A stretch of 64,000 nucleotides of DNA from a virus: the IMG/VR virus record IMGVR_UViG_3300043787_000193, positions 7,230 to 71,229 of that record. One strand, written 5' to 3'. Numbering within the stretch: position 1 is the stretch's first letter; each line of letters opens with the position of its first letter. The translations under genes and the position numbers were made by a program. The notes under the pieces were generated by a model that did no database searches, was not told the DNA's origin, and saw nothing but the letters and a program-made list of their open reading frames with translations. Below, piece by piece: positions 38,449 to 47,607 of the stretch.

Positions 38449-38673
38449 ATGGCTCTTGATCGGAAGCTATGGCCGCAACCGTTCTCGGAAGAGGCGAACG
38501 CCATGGCTCTGATGCGCGCGAAGTTTCAAGGCTTGATTCCAGAAACCGTAACCGACGAAGAGTGTCTCGACCTGATGCTGAAGTTCGCCGAATTCCAGAG
38601 CGCGTACATCGAGAACTTGATGAACCTGCTCAACACGCTGCCCGTGCGACACATGATGTTGGTGAAACCGTGA
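38449..38673 (+). CDS. Accessory hypothetical protein
   Basis: TGcTAAAGT-6 nt-ATG, leaderless-type start. Confidence 0.65.
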   Translation: MALDRKLWPQPFSEEANAMALMRAKFQGLIPETVTDEECLDLMLKFAEFQSAYIENLMNLLNTLPVRHMMLVKP

Positions 38674-38918
38674 CTCGCAGCCGTTGCATAGAACTCGCCG
38701 TCATCGTTCTGCTGCTCCTGCTCTGGCTCGACTGGCGCATGGTGCGAAACCTAGCGATGGGATTGCTGGCGTTTCTTCACTTGCCCATCTACCTCATCGA
38801 AAGCGGCAACTGGCGCATCTTTCTGCCGGTGCTGGCGCTGGCTGCGTTGATGATGGCCGTCGCCGTCGGAATCGATCTCTGGAAATGGATCACTCACCGG
38901 GGAACACGATCCAGTTAG
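38670..38918 (+). CDS. Small membrane protein (3 TM)
   Basis: GTGA overlap with the upstream ORF; three hydrophobic stretches. Confidence 0.65.
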   Translation: MTRSRCIELAVIVLLLLLWLDWRMVRNLAMGLLAFLHLPIYLIESGNWRIFLPVLALAALMMAVAVGIDLWKWITHRGTRSS

Positions 38919-39189
38919 AAAGTGAAGCTGTCGAGAGGGAGCCATTCAGATGCCGATGAACCGCCGCAACTTTCTTCGCACCTTAATCGGTGGAGTCGCC
39001 GCCGCCGCTGCCGTCAGAACCTTTCCCTTCCGGGTGTTCTCGTTTCCGAGCAAGCCGCTGGTGCATCAGGCGACGAACCAAGAAATCCTTGCGCTGCAAC
39101 TAGAGCGATTCGGCCACAGGATTCCTGATCTCATTGCACGCGACCAAAGGCTTTACCGGATGATGTTAGAAAGTGAAGCTGTCGAGAGG
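38914..39189. repeat. 25-bp direct repeat
   Basis: gttagaaagtgaagctgtcgagagg at 38914-38938 and 39165-39189. Confidence 0.9.
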
Positions 39190-39348
39190 AGGCACGGCGG
39201 CGGCGCTCACACCATCGAAGAACTGATTCTCCTCCGCGGCGACGTTCGCGAAGTCTGTCCAGACAAAGGCTTCTTGCCGCTTGGGTCAGCCCCGCCACGC
39301 ATCAAGAGCATCGACACCGACAACCGAGTCATCGTCTGGGAATCCTGA
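38950..39348 (+). CDS. Tat-signal-like protein with a capsid-like segment
   Basis: MNRRNFLRTLIGGVAAAAAV; ILALQLERFGHRIP. Confidence 0.65.
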   Translation: MPMNRRNFLRTLIGGVAAAAAVRTFPFRVFSFPSKPLVHQATNQEILALQLERFGHRIPDLIARDQRLYRMMLESEAVERRHGGGAHTIEELILLRGDVREVCPDKGFLPLGSAPPRIKSIDTDNRVIVWES

Positions 39349-39351
39349 AAT

Positions 39352-39690
39352 CTACTTCGCCGTCCCGCACACCAGCCTGAACTCAAACCCTTCTAATCGT
39401 GCCTTCGATAAATCCGGCTTGCGGTTCCATCCCACCGGCGCAACCAACTCTGTCTTGTCGGTTACTTTGAAATCGCGGACACAATCGAGCGCGGGCCAGA
39501 CCACAAATTCTTCCTCTTCCGGTTTGGGCACGCACTTGTAGCCGCCGCGCCCGTCGGTGACTTGCTTTTCATCATCATGGCACGGCTTCTCGTCCTGAGC
39601 GGCGACAACCGGAAGCTGCGATGCCAGCAAACACACAAGGGCCAACAGGCACAGGCACGCAATTGCCCAGCAGAATCTAGTTCCCCACAT
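39352..39690 (-). CDS. Small secreted/membrane Cys-rich protein
   Basis: N-terminal hydrophobic helix ending VVAA-Q. Confidence 0.55.
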   Translation of the reverse strand: MWGTRFCWAIACLCLLALVCLLASQLPVVAAQDEKPCHDDEKQVTDGRGGYKCVPKPEEEEFVVWPALDCVRDFKVTDKTELVAPVGWNRKPDLSKARLEGFEFRLVCGTAK

Positions 39691-40534
39691 GCCCCATCTC
39701 AATCCCTTGTGCTCGCAGGGTCCGCGCAATCCCTTCGCGGATGCGCCCCGCTTCAAGCGAACTCGACAGCACAAAGCTGATGTCGTCTTTGTATTCCTTC
39801 GCCAACTCGTCCCGCTCTTTCTTTTCCTGCGCGTCTTCTCGCGCGTGCGCCTCTTGCAGCGCCGACAGTTGCCGGAAGGTGGGATCGACGATGTTTTCGG
39901 GCAGGCTGGTGTGATATTCGTATTGCGCGATGGCCCGCTCCATCCATGCGCGGGACGGAATCTCGTCGAACGTTGCGTAGGTCACTTGCTTATTCACGGG
40001 ATCAAAGCCTTCGCAGAACGTCCAGTACAAGCCCTTCTCCGGCCACGGCCCGAGAATCTGCAAATTCGTTCCCGGAACTTTCCACTGTTCCCACCAGCTT
40101 CTTGAGCATCCCCCTGCACCTGGTTCCCAGTGCACAATCGCCCAGCCCTTCAACTGTGGCCAGCGCTTCACCCAGCGCATCTCCTTCACGATCCGGAACG
40201 CTTTATTGCTGACGTGCATCCCGGCAGGCATCTCGACGTGCACCGTGGTCTTGTGCGAGGTTCCTTCCTGCTTCAGCGAAACCGGGACGGTGACCATCTC
40301 TTCGTCGAATTCCAGTTTGTTCTGGTCGAGGCCTTTCACTCCGGGTAGATGATCTTCGAACGCGCCCCCAGAGAGGTAGCGCACTTCGTGCGCTAGCACT
40401 GCCAGATATTTATTCTCGCCGTAGGGGTTGGTGCCGCCGACTCGACGCAGGAATCGGTAGACGTCTTCGGTCGAGCGGCAGTTCGGCGGGAAAGCGTCTT
40501 CGCGCCAGACGGGGCGTTTGATGGAGGTTTTCAT
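39677..40534 (-). CDS. Hypothetical phage protein
   Basis: MKTSIKR...GGTNPYGENKY; ATGA overlap with the upstream ORF. Confidence 0.7.
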   Translation of the reverse strand: MKTSIKRPVWREDAFPPNCRSTEDVYRFLRRVGGTNPYGENKYLAVLAHEVRYLSGGAFEDHLPGVKGLDQNKLEFDEEMVTVPVSLKQEGTSHKTTVHVEMPAGMHVSNKAFRIVKEMRWVKRWPQLKGWAIVHWEPGAGGCSRSWWEQWKVPGTNLQILGPWPEKGLYWTFCEGFDPVNKQVTYATFDEIPSRAWMERAIAQYEYHTSLPENIVDPTFRQLSALQEAHAREDAQEKKERDELAKEYKDDISFVLSSSLEAGRIREGIARTLRAQGIEMGHVGN

Positions 40535-40812
40535 GCGTGCGGGATCGCCATGATGTAGAGAACGTCTCGGGTCATCGCTTCGTAGTCCTGTGGGTCGCAG
40601 TCGAACAGGGAGTGCTCCCAGAGTTCGGCGAAGCAACGCACTGCCGCCGCCGCTCTCTCCGAATCTACAGCCCGTCCGATGGCGTCGCGTGGATGATCTG
40701 CGAGGTTCGGGTTACTTTGGTTTCTGGCCGAATGGAACCGCCGCGCCGTAGGATTGCTTCCGGAGGTAATCATGTCGAGAGCTGCAACTGCAACTGCGCC
40801 CGCTCGTCCCAA
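40531..40812 (-). CDS. Hypothetical protein (start uncertain)
   Basis: C-terminal half is protein-like; stop overlaps the next ATG. Confidence 0.4.
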   Translation of the reverse strand: MGRAGAVAVAALDMITSGSNPTARRFHSARNQSNPNLADHPRDAIGRAVDSERAAAAVRCFAELWEHSLFDCDPQDYEAMTRDVLYIMAIPHA

Positions 40813-41059
40813 AGTTCAGGACGTGGAGAAAGCTATCGGGGAAATTCATCCCGACGGGCTGAAAGAAATCACTTACCGCTGTTCGAACGAGAAATGCGAC
40901 AACGAGCAGGTCATCCGCTACTTCGCCAACCTGCAAGTCTTGCCGGTGACGTGTTGCACGAAATGTAAAGCCGGATTCGGCATCGAAGTCCCGAAGATGC
41001 TGGAGTTCCGCGTCGGCATGTTCCCCGTCGATGGCTCCGAGCGCCGCTTCGAGCGCTGA
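40772..41059 (+). CDS. Zn-ribbon protein
   Basis: GGAGG RBS; YRCSNEKC...CCTKC. Confidence 0.65.
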   Translation: MSRAATATAPARPKVQDVEKAIGEIHPDGLKEITYRCSNEKCDNEQVIRYFANLQVLPVTCCTKCKAGFGIEVPKMLEFRVGMFPVDGSERRFER

Positions 41060-41064
41060 AAAAG

Positions 41065-41108
41065 GTAAAGAAGAAAGGGCGGCGGCTGCTTGAGGTCCGC
41101 CGCCCTTC
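41065..41108 (-). terminator. Rho-independent terminator after the capsid gene
   Basis: AAGGGCGGCGG/CCGCCGCCCTT stem followed by a TTTCTTCTTT tract on the minus strand. Confidence 0.8.
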
Positions 41109-41178
41109 CGTTGGTCGCAGGCTATCTTATTCCGCTCGCGCGGCTTACGGCCCTTGTCCAGTCAATCACGTCCAGTCG

Positions 41179-42453
41179 TTAGTACCCGAACGCTGATCCC
41201 CCTGGGACTCCGCAGCCTGTGATCACGCCCTGGGCCGCGGCGTTATCGAGGTAGCACTGGCTGAAGTCCACCATGCAACTCGCGTACTGCAAGTTCGGCG
41301 TGCCCCCGCTGTTGTACGTGTTGTACACGCGGCTGCCGAAGAACTGCAGCCAGTAGGGATCGGCGAACTTCACCCAACCGAAGGCGTCGGGCACGATCAT
41401 GTACCAGGCCTGCTGGTCGGCGTGCTGGCCTTTGACGATCATCTCGCCTTCGAGCGTCACCGCTCCCCGGAAAAATGGATCGAAGCCTTCCGCCTTCCCG
41501 CCCGACAGTGGGATGTATTCCATGTCGTAGCCGATTTCCTTCAGCGAGTTGATCTGGGTTTCGTGGGTGTACCAGAAGGTTCCCTTCAGATCGTCTTCGC
41601 TGATGCGGGCGTTGCGCTGCAGCTTGAGCAGCATGATCGCCGAGCGCGTGATCGGGTTGTTGCCCATGTCGAATCCATTGCTGACGACTTGGGGCGTGGT
41701 CGAGCGCGGGATGCCGTGCAGGTTTCCCGTCGCCGAATACGAGATCAGCGCGCGCAGTCCGTTGATCCAGACCGGCGTCCCGTCGGTCAGGCCGCCGTAG
41801 CGCACGATGTCGTTCGTGTTCGAGCCGGCCGGCGCGTTGCCCGCGTACTGGAAGTTGTTCTGGCTGCCCATGAACGCGGTTTTGTTGGTGATGGTGAGCG
41901 AACCGCGGCTGGTGTTGTTCGCCGGGTTCACGATGTCGGGCGATTGCCCGATTTCGATGTTGCGCGCGCCGAAGGGCATGGTGTTGACGTTCGCCACGCC
42001 GTTGGCGGGAGCCGCTGACAGCGTAGCCAGGTTGCCCGTGCCGTCGGTGTGCAGACCGATGTCCAGCCAGTTCTTGTGCATGACGGTCAGGTCTGCGAGT
42101 GCTTCGGAGACGACGTTGGCGATGGCGACTTGCTCGACCTTCTGGCCGATCAACGCCACTTCTTCGGTCCAGTTGGTCGAAACCGAAATGCCGGTCGGGG
42201 TGACGCCGCCGGCGATCCACGAAGGAGCGTTGCCAAGAGGCGCGGCGCCGCCGTCGGGGTTCACGTAGCGCGAATCGCCGCCCGCGTTCGCGATTTTCTC
42301 CACGATGCGGAACAGGCGGTTCGATACCCGGTCAGCGCGCTGGTTGGTGAAGCGGCTGGCCAGGGCCTTGCTGGTAATCAAAACTTTGGGGATGCGGGTG
42401 GTCACCCGTTCCAGGGTGAGGTTGAGCATCTGAAATACGTCTAAGGTAGACAT
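41179..42453 (-). CDS. Major capsid protein
   Basis: 424 aa, follows the scaffold, strongly biased codons, followed by a terminator; TDGTGNLA, INGLRALI...LHGI.RS. Confidence 0.8.
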   Translation of the reverse strand: MSTLDVFQMLNLTLERVTTRIPKVLITSKALASRFTNQRADRVSNRLFRIVEKIANAGGDSRYVNPDGGAAPLGNAPSWIAGGVTPTGISVSTNWTEEVALIGQKVEQVAIANVVSEALADLTVMHKNWLDIGLHTDGTGNLATLSAAPANGVANVNTMPFGARNIEIGQSPDIVNPANNTSRGSLTITNKTAFMGSQNNFQYAGNAPAGSNTNDIVRYGGLTDGTPVWINGLRALISYSATGNLHGIPRSTTPQVVSNGFDMGNNPITRSAIMLLKLQRNARISEDDLKGTFWYTHETQINSLKEIGYDMEYIPLSGGKAEGFDPFFRGAVTLEGEMIVKGQHADQQAWYMIVPDAFGWVKFADPYWLQFFGSRVYNTYNSGGTPNLQYASCMVDFSQCYLDNAAAQGVITGCGVPGGSAFGY

Positions 42454-42529
42454 GGGTTAGGTTCTCCGTTGTGGTTGGGCGCGGGCAGATTCACCCGTGC
42501 AGTGGCTTGCCTCTCGCGAGTCTTTACGG

Positions 42530-44071
42530 CTATTGGTCCAGCTTCAGCACCGCGCGGAAGTACTCCGGGCCGCCTTCTTTGGCGTTCGGATTCTCGGCGC
42601 GCGCAAGCTCCATCGCTTTCGCGTGGAACTGGTCGCCCGAGGCGGTGGCGGGGAAGTTGGTCGGCGTGGTTCCGGAAGTTTTCGGTTCCATGCGTCCGGC
42701 CGTGGACTGCGAGTCGATTTTGTTGAGACGGTCTTTGTTGGCGTCCACGATGGGAGCGCCGAACTGACCTACGACAGATTCAAGGAGCTTCACTACCCGC
42801 TCCTTCATGTAGGTCTGGTTGAGGGCCACGCGCCGCTGCTCGTAATCTTTGGCAGTGGGCGACAGTCGATCGCGTTCCTGCAAATACAGGTCGTTCTTCA
42901 GCATCCGTTCGGTGAGTTCGTTCCAAACGGTTTTGGTGACCAACGCTTTCAGTTCATTGGTGAGCGCTGTCTTGTCGAGAAAATCCTTAATGAGCGGGGA
43001 GATGGCCTTGTCGGTTTCCCCAACGATGCGGTCCTCGCGCTGATTAAAAGAGGTTTCCGTGGTTCTGGCATCGCGGGCTTTCGAGTCTCGTTCGATCTGG
43101 TCGGCGCGGGCCAAGCGCTCCTGCACCTCTTTCGGTAAATCCTTGGTCGCGTCGGCGGCTTTTGTGCCCGGCTTCTGGTAGCCGTTCTTGATGAAGGCTC
43201 CGAGGAAGTCGACGGCACCCTTCAGATCGGTGGCGAAAGCTTTATCTTCGTCGTTCGTGGCGGCTGCGATCAGCTTGTCGGCCAGTTCGCCGATCTTGGC
43301 GTCGCGCACGCCGGCGGAGAAGTCGATGAGCTTTGAAATCGAGCCATCGTTCTTGAATGCGCCGGGGATGTTCGGATCGGGGACGGGCTGGCCGTTCTCG
43401 TCCCGGATGAAGGACATCGGAACCAGTGTGTCCATCATGAACTTGTCGAAGTCTTCCACCGTCTTCACTGCAGGCAGGCCGCGATCGAGCTTCACGAAGT
43501 TGGCGTTGCCCTCAAGTGCGATGTCGAGCGCTTCCATGCTCGGAACTTTTTCAAGGAACTGGCTGGTCTGGGCGGCCAACCGCGCGTTCTCCGAGAGGGT
43601 TTCGACGGTCAGCCCTTTCGCGGCGAGGAAATCTTTGACTTCCTGCGGGGCTTCGGCGAGGGCGGCGGTGATCTTCTCGGCAGGCAAGGGGCCGAGTTTG
43701 TCGAGAGGATTCGCGACGGCTGCGGGCTTGGCGGGCTCTGCGGCGGGTTTCGCTGCTTCGGCGGCGGGCGTGGCCGATTCTGCTGGTTTCGCAGGCTCGG
43801 CGGCCGGTGGCGCGACTTCCGCAGGTCTCGCGGCAGTGAGTTCCTTCTCGACTTCGGCGGCGGACTCGCGAACAATATCTTGAATCGAAGGTTCAGCAGC
43901 GGGTTGCGACGCGGGCGCGGGTTGTGATCCGGAAGTATCCGGCGCAGATGCTGGCGCGGGAGAAGAGGCGGGCGCAGCTCCAGCGGCAGGTTCGGCCACG
44001 GCTCCCGCAGCGAGAAACAGCGTCCCGGTGTAGAGAAAGAAATGCAGCAACTTGCTGATGAGTAAGTTCAT
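42530..44071 (-). CDS. Putative scaffolding protein
   Basis: A/P/E-rich N-terminus and coiled-coil; lies between portal and capsid. Confidence 0.65.
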   Translation of the reverse strand: MNLLISKLLHFFLYTGTLFLAAGAVAEPAAGAAPASSPAPASAPDTSGSQPAPASQPAAEPSIQDIVRESAAEVEKELTAARPAEVAPPAAEPAKPAESATPAAEAAKPAAEPAKPAAVANPLDKLGPLPAEKITAALAEAPQEVKDFLAAKGLTVETLSENARLAAQTSQFLEKVPSMEALDIALEGNANFVKLDRGLPAVKTVEDFDKFMMDTLVPMSFIRDENGQPVPDPNIPGAFKNDGSISKLIDFSAGVRDAKIGELADKLIAAATNDEDKAFATDLKGAVDFLGAFIKNGYQKPGTKAADATKDLPKEVQERLARADQIERDSKARDARTTETSFNQREDRIVGETDKAISPLIKDFLDKTALTNELKALVTKTVWNELTERMLKNDLYLQERDRLSPTAKDYEQRRVALNQTYMKERVVKLLESVVGQFGAPIVDANKDRLNKIDSQSTAGRMEPKTSGTTPTNFPATASGDQFHAKAMELARAENPNAKEGGPEYFRAVLKLDQ

Positions 44072-44128
44072 TGTGCTTGTCCTTTTTGGGTTGTGCTTGG
44101 AGTGGGTGGTGCTTAGAAGATTGGTGCT

Positions 44129-44335
44129 TTAGAGAAAGCGTCGGTTCTGGTTCACGGAATCATCGAGAGCGGTGAAGACCTGAGTTGCACTGCGTCGACG
44201 GCGCGGTTCCGGCTTTTCTAAACCGAACGGGTCCTGCCGCTCCTGCGTTTTCTTGTAGGGACACTGCTCGCTGCCTTCATAGTGGCCGAGAGAGCCACAG
44301 GTCCCGCAGGCTCGATAGCGTCCGTTGATTCCCAT
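44129..44335 (-). CDS. Small Zn-knuckle protein
   Basis: CGTCGSLGH......CP. Confidence 0.55.
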   Translation of the reverse strand: MGINGRYRACGTCGSLGHYEGSEQCPYKKTQERQDPFGLEKPEPRRRRSATQVFTALDDSVNQNRRFL

Positions 44336-44352
44336 TTTTCAAAGTCAGATTG

Positions 44353-46854
44353 TCACTGAATACTCATCGGCGCGAGTGACGCTCCCGGTACCGGTGGCAC
44401 AGGTCCGGGCTGCGGCGCTCCAGCAGGTAGAGGCGGGGCACTCGTCGGCTCTGGTCCACTCGCGGCGGCTCCCGGCCCACCCGGTCCCGGCATCGGCGGA
44501 GCCATCTGCATCTGCTGCATCATGCGCAGCTTTTCGAGGTAGAGCATCAGGTTCTGGAAGCCGGGCTCGAATTCTTCCAAGAGTTTCGCGCCGTTCTTCA
44601 GTCCATAGATGACGACGACTTCGATGGCCTGGTCCCAGTAATCTTTCAACAAGTCCGCGTTCGGCGCGATCGAGCACTGCATCTCGGGCGCGCCTGTGAC
44701 CGCGTTCGGCCCTTCGCTCGGCGGCTGCTCGATCAGCTTCGCGACGTCGGCCTGCACCCAGCGCCGGGCATCTTCTTCCGGCAACTGCATATCGGGAGGA
44801 CCTAAGTAGCGGATCATCTGCCGCCGGTTCTGGTAGTTGTTCAGAATCTCCATTAGGATCGGGTTCTCTTTGCCGCGCTGCAGGATGAACTCGATCATCT
44901 TCATGTAGAGATCGCGCTGCTGTTCAAAGCCCATGGGGTAGGCTTGATCGGCTTCGGGGTGGGCATGCGCTTTGCCGGCGAGATCGGCGAGCCGGATAGG
45001 TTCGTTGCGCTTGGCGTCGGGGTTGTCGTCGTCCTGGATCACGTCGTACACGTCATCGACGGCGTTCGCGGCGAAGCAATCCACGCTGAGATTCGAAGAC
45101 TGCGCGGTTTCCTGCCGGATCATGTCCCAATCGCCCCAGAGCACGCCCATGGCGACGCGCAGGGCTTGCTCCTGGCCTTTGGCGGTGTCGATGTCTTTCT
45201 GGGTGCCGCCGTAAGTCTGGGGCACGATGCGAGTCAAAAGCTGAATCGTCATCTTCAGCGCTTCGCTTCGCTTGAAGACTTCGCCGGAAATTTCCGTCTT
45301 CAACTGCATGAAGACTTTATTCAGGTCGTTGTCCATCCCTCCCGCGGACATGGGAATGCCGATCATGCGGCCCGGCGGCATGTGCTGATTGTTTAACTGC
45401 TTTCCCACCAGCTTCATGTTGTAGAGCAGCACTCCGGAGGCGAGCCGGTCGCAGTACTCCTGCAGCGTGTTCTCGTTGTCGTTGATCTCGTCCTGGATGC
45501 ACATCGCCGGATTCACGCGCGAGGTGGGGAACAACCCAATGTCGGTTCTCACTCCCGCCCAGGACCATTCCTTGTGCATGGGACATTTGCGGCCGTCGAG
45601 CGCGTCTTCGCCGAGTGTGGCCAGACAGAGCCCTTCCGGGAATTTGTCGTGCAGCGCGCCGGCGTCCGCTTTCTTGTCCAGGTAGTCGAAGGAGTCGGGC
45701 TGGAAGAACGTTCTATGGTAGGTGGGCAACATCTGCGGCGTGATCAGGCCGCGCTGAATGCTTGGGGAAAGAGCGCGCAATCGCGCAATCCGCTCAATTT
45801 CCCCGTCCGGCGCCGCGGTGTCCGATCCTCGCTTCACCATGTCCCAGGCGTCGGGATACATGCCGCGCAACGCGCCCGTGAAAATCTCCGCTTCCAGATC
45901 GATCAGCGGGGTATTCAGCAAAGGCACGCGGCTATCGGCGCGGGCCATGGGCATGGCATCGACCTGCAGGCAGTTGAAAATCGATTGCTGCACCTGGCCC
46001 TTCACCACTTTCTTTTTCCCGGTGACCACCGGCATCTTGGCGGTGATGCCGGGGAAGAAGTGTTGCGAGCCCAGTTTCATGCCGCAGCCGGCGCAGATCG
46101 CGCCCGGAGGCTCCGGCATGTCGGCGGTGATTTGCGTGGGGTTGTCGGTACCGCAGTTGGGGCAGGAATAGCGGTGAGGAACGACTTGCTGGTAGTCCCA
46201 GTCGATCACATCTTCATAGACGGGATCACAGAGGCGCTCATCCATGGTCCAGCGGGTGTAGCGGAAATAACTTCCGGCGTAGAAGAAAGCCTTGAGCTGC
46301 TGTTCGAGCATCTGGCTTTCGTTGTTCTGCCGCCCGATCATCCTGGCCGCCCGGCTCCGGGTTTGCGCCGCCCGGTTGTCGAGGTCGTCTTCCGCGTTGT
46401 CGGGCCACCACTCCACTCTTGGAATCGAAGCCTTCAGGACGGAGACGTAGACGCCTTCGAGAAATTGAATGTAGTTGTGCGAGTACTGGTAGAGGTTCGC
46501 GAGATTGGCTGCGTTGTTTGCGTCGGCGATGCCGCCACCGCCCGACATGAACGGGTTGTAGTAGGAATTGGTGTAGGGATCGAGGATGCAGAACTGGTTG
46601 TCTTTCGAGTACTCGATGGCTTTCAGGGTGTCGCGGATTTTCAATCGGCGCTGGATGGCCCAGCTTTCCTTCAGCTCGCGCCGGATCATCATCAGGTTGT
46701 CGCAGATGGGCTTGGTCAGGCCGATAGCGTCGAGGCGCTGCTGAATCTTGCCGCGGGCGGGCGAATTGCGGGCAGGCTCCGCCCCTTGGCGGTATTGCGA
46801 GGGATCGATGGGGGGCTTCGAGAAAAGCCCGCTAGGATTTGGGGAGAGACCCAA
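44353..46854 (-). CDS. Portal protein
   Basis: 833 aa, upstream of scaffold/capsid; CIQDEIND, PPGRMIG, DTAKGQ, Gln/Pro-rich C-terminus. Confidence 0.75.
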   Translation of the reverse strand: MGLSPNPSGLFSKPPIDPSQYRQGAEPARNSPARGKIQQRLDAIGLTKPICDNLMMIRRELKESWAIQRRLKIRDTLKAIEYSKDNQFCILDPYTNSYYNPFMSGGGGIADANNAANLANLYQYSHNYIQFLEGVYVSVLKASIPRVEWWPDNAEDDLDNRAAQTRSRAARMIGRQNNESQMLEQQLKAFFYAGSYFRYTRWTMDERLCDPVYEDVIDWDYQQVVPHRYSCPNCGTDNPTQITADMPEPPGAICAGCGMKLGSQHFFPGITAKMPVVTGKKKVVKGQVQQSIFNCLQVDAMPMARADSRVPLLNTPLIDLEAEIFTGALRGMYPDAWDMVKRGSDTAAPDGEIERIARLRALSPSIQRGLITPQMLPTYHRTFFQPDSFDYLDKKADAGALHDKFPEGLCLATLGEDALDGRKCPMHKEWSWAGVRTDIGLFPTSRVNPAMCIQDEINDNENTLQEYCDRLASGVLLYNMKLVGKQLNNQHMPPGRMIGIPMSAGGMDNDLNKVFMQLKTEISGEVFKRSEALKMTIQLLTRIVPQTYGGTQKDIDTAKGQEQALRVAMGVLWGDWDMIRQETAQSSNLSVDCFAANAVDDVYDVIQDDDNPDAKRNEPIRLADLAGKAHAHPEADQAYPMGFEQQRDLYMKMIEFILQRGKENPILMEILNNYQNRRQMIRYLGPPDMQLPEEDARRWVQADVAKLIEQPPSEGPNAVTGAPEMQCSIAPNADLLKDYWDQAIEVVVIYGLKNGAKLLEEFEPGFQNLMLYLEKLRMMQQMQMAPPMPGPGGPGAAASGPEPTSAPPLPAGAPQPGPVPPVPGASLAPMSIQ

Positions 46855-47172
46855 TTACATCTTCCGTTTCAGCCGGTGCATAGGGTGATCTTCCGGGATC
46901 GCCGGCATGTCGTCCGCATCCGGTTCTTCGTGATCGCCACTGGCTTTGCCTTCGTGCGCGTCCATCAGGCGGTCGAGGTGCTTGTGGAGCTCGCCGCGCT
47001 CGCCGTGAGCGAAGAGTTTCTCGTTCTTCTCCTCTTCACCCATTGCCATCGGTGCGGCGGTTTCCTTGCCGCCTTCCGGTTCGTGCACCGGATCGTGCCG
47101 CACTTCGTAGTGCGTTCCCGCTTTGGGGGAGATGTGGATGCCGTGGAACTTGCCCATCTTCTTTTTTGCCAT
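46855..47172 (-). CDS. Small His-rich protein with C-terminal DHPMHRL motif
   Basis: AGGAG RBS; abuts the portal gene. Confidence 0.7.
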   Translation of the reverse strand: MAKKKMGKFHGIHISPKAGTHYEVRHDPVHEPEGGKETAAPMAMGEEEKNEKLFAHGERGELHKHLDRLMDAHEGKASGDHEEPDADDMPAIPEDHPMHRLKRKM

Positions 47173-47185
47173 GAAAGTTGTTCTC

Positions 47186-47605
47186 CTAAGCCTGTGGCGG
47201 CGCTGGCTTGCCGCGCAAAATCTCTTCCATCATGTTGGCCGCCTTCGCCTGTAACTCAGCACGCTGTTTCTGGTCGTAGTCTTTTTCTTTTTGCTGGTGC
47301 TCTGTGGCGGCGGTCGATTCCAAATAGCTGCGGATGGCGCTCGGCCTGGTCCCGACTTGCTGGATGACCGCGCCGATCCCGGTCGGCTGCTCGGATTCCT
47401 CGGCCTGCGCTGCCGAGAGTTGCGGGGCTTCGTCTTTTTTTACAAAGCGTTCGTCGAGATGGAAGCCGGTCGAGCGGAAGTTGATCTCGTCCACCACGCG
47501 GGCATGCGCGTATTTCACCTCGGCCAACTCGCGGCGCAGTTCGAGGATTTCCCGCTCACGGTCGGCGTAGCGGGCGCGGGATACGAAGGGGAGAGAGAAG
47601 GTCAT
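47186..47605 (-). CDS. Hypothetical coiled-coil protein
   Basis: Packed in the operon. Confidence 0.7.
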   Translation of the reverse strand: MTFSLPFVSRARYADREREILELRRELAEVKYAHARVVDEINFRSTGFHLDERFVKKDEAPQLSAAQAEESEQPTGIGAVIQQVGTRPSAIRSYLESTAATEHQQKEKDYDQKQRAELQAKAANMMEEILRGKPAPPQA

Positions 47606-47607
47606 GA

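Noticed and set aside
42530-44071. Scaffold N-terminus as a sixth signal peptide
   Set aside because: Hydrophobic but atypical, with no Gln after the putative cleavage site; scaffolds often have processed leaders, so not counted
45574-47367. 597-aa plus-strand ORF and similar long antisense ORFs (e.g. 7374-8921, 34946-36136)
   Set aside because: Stop-poor shadows of GC3-rich minus-strand genes
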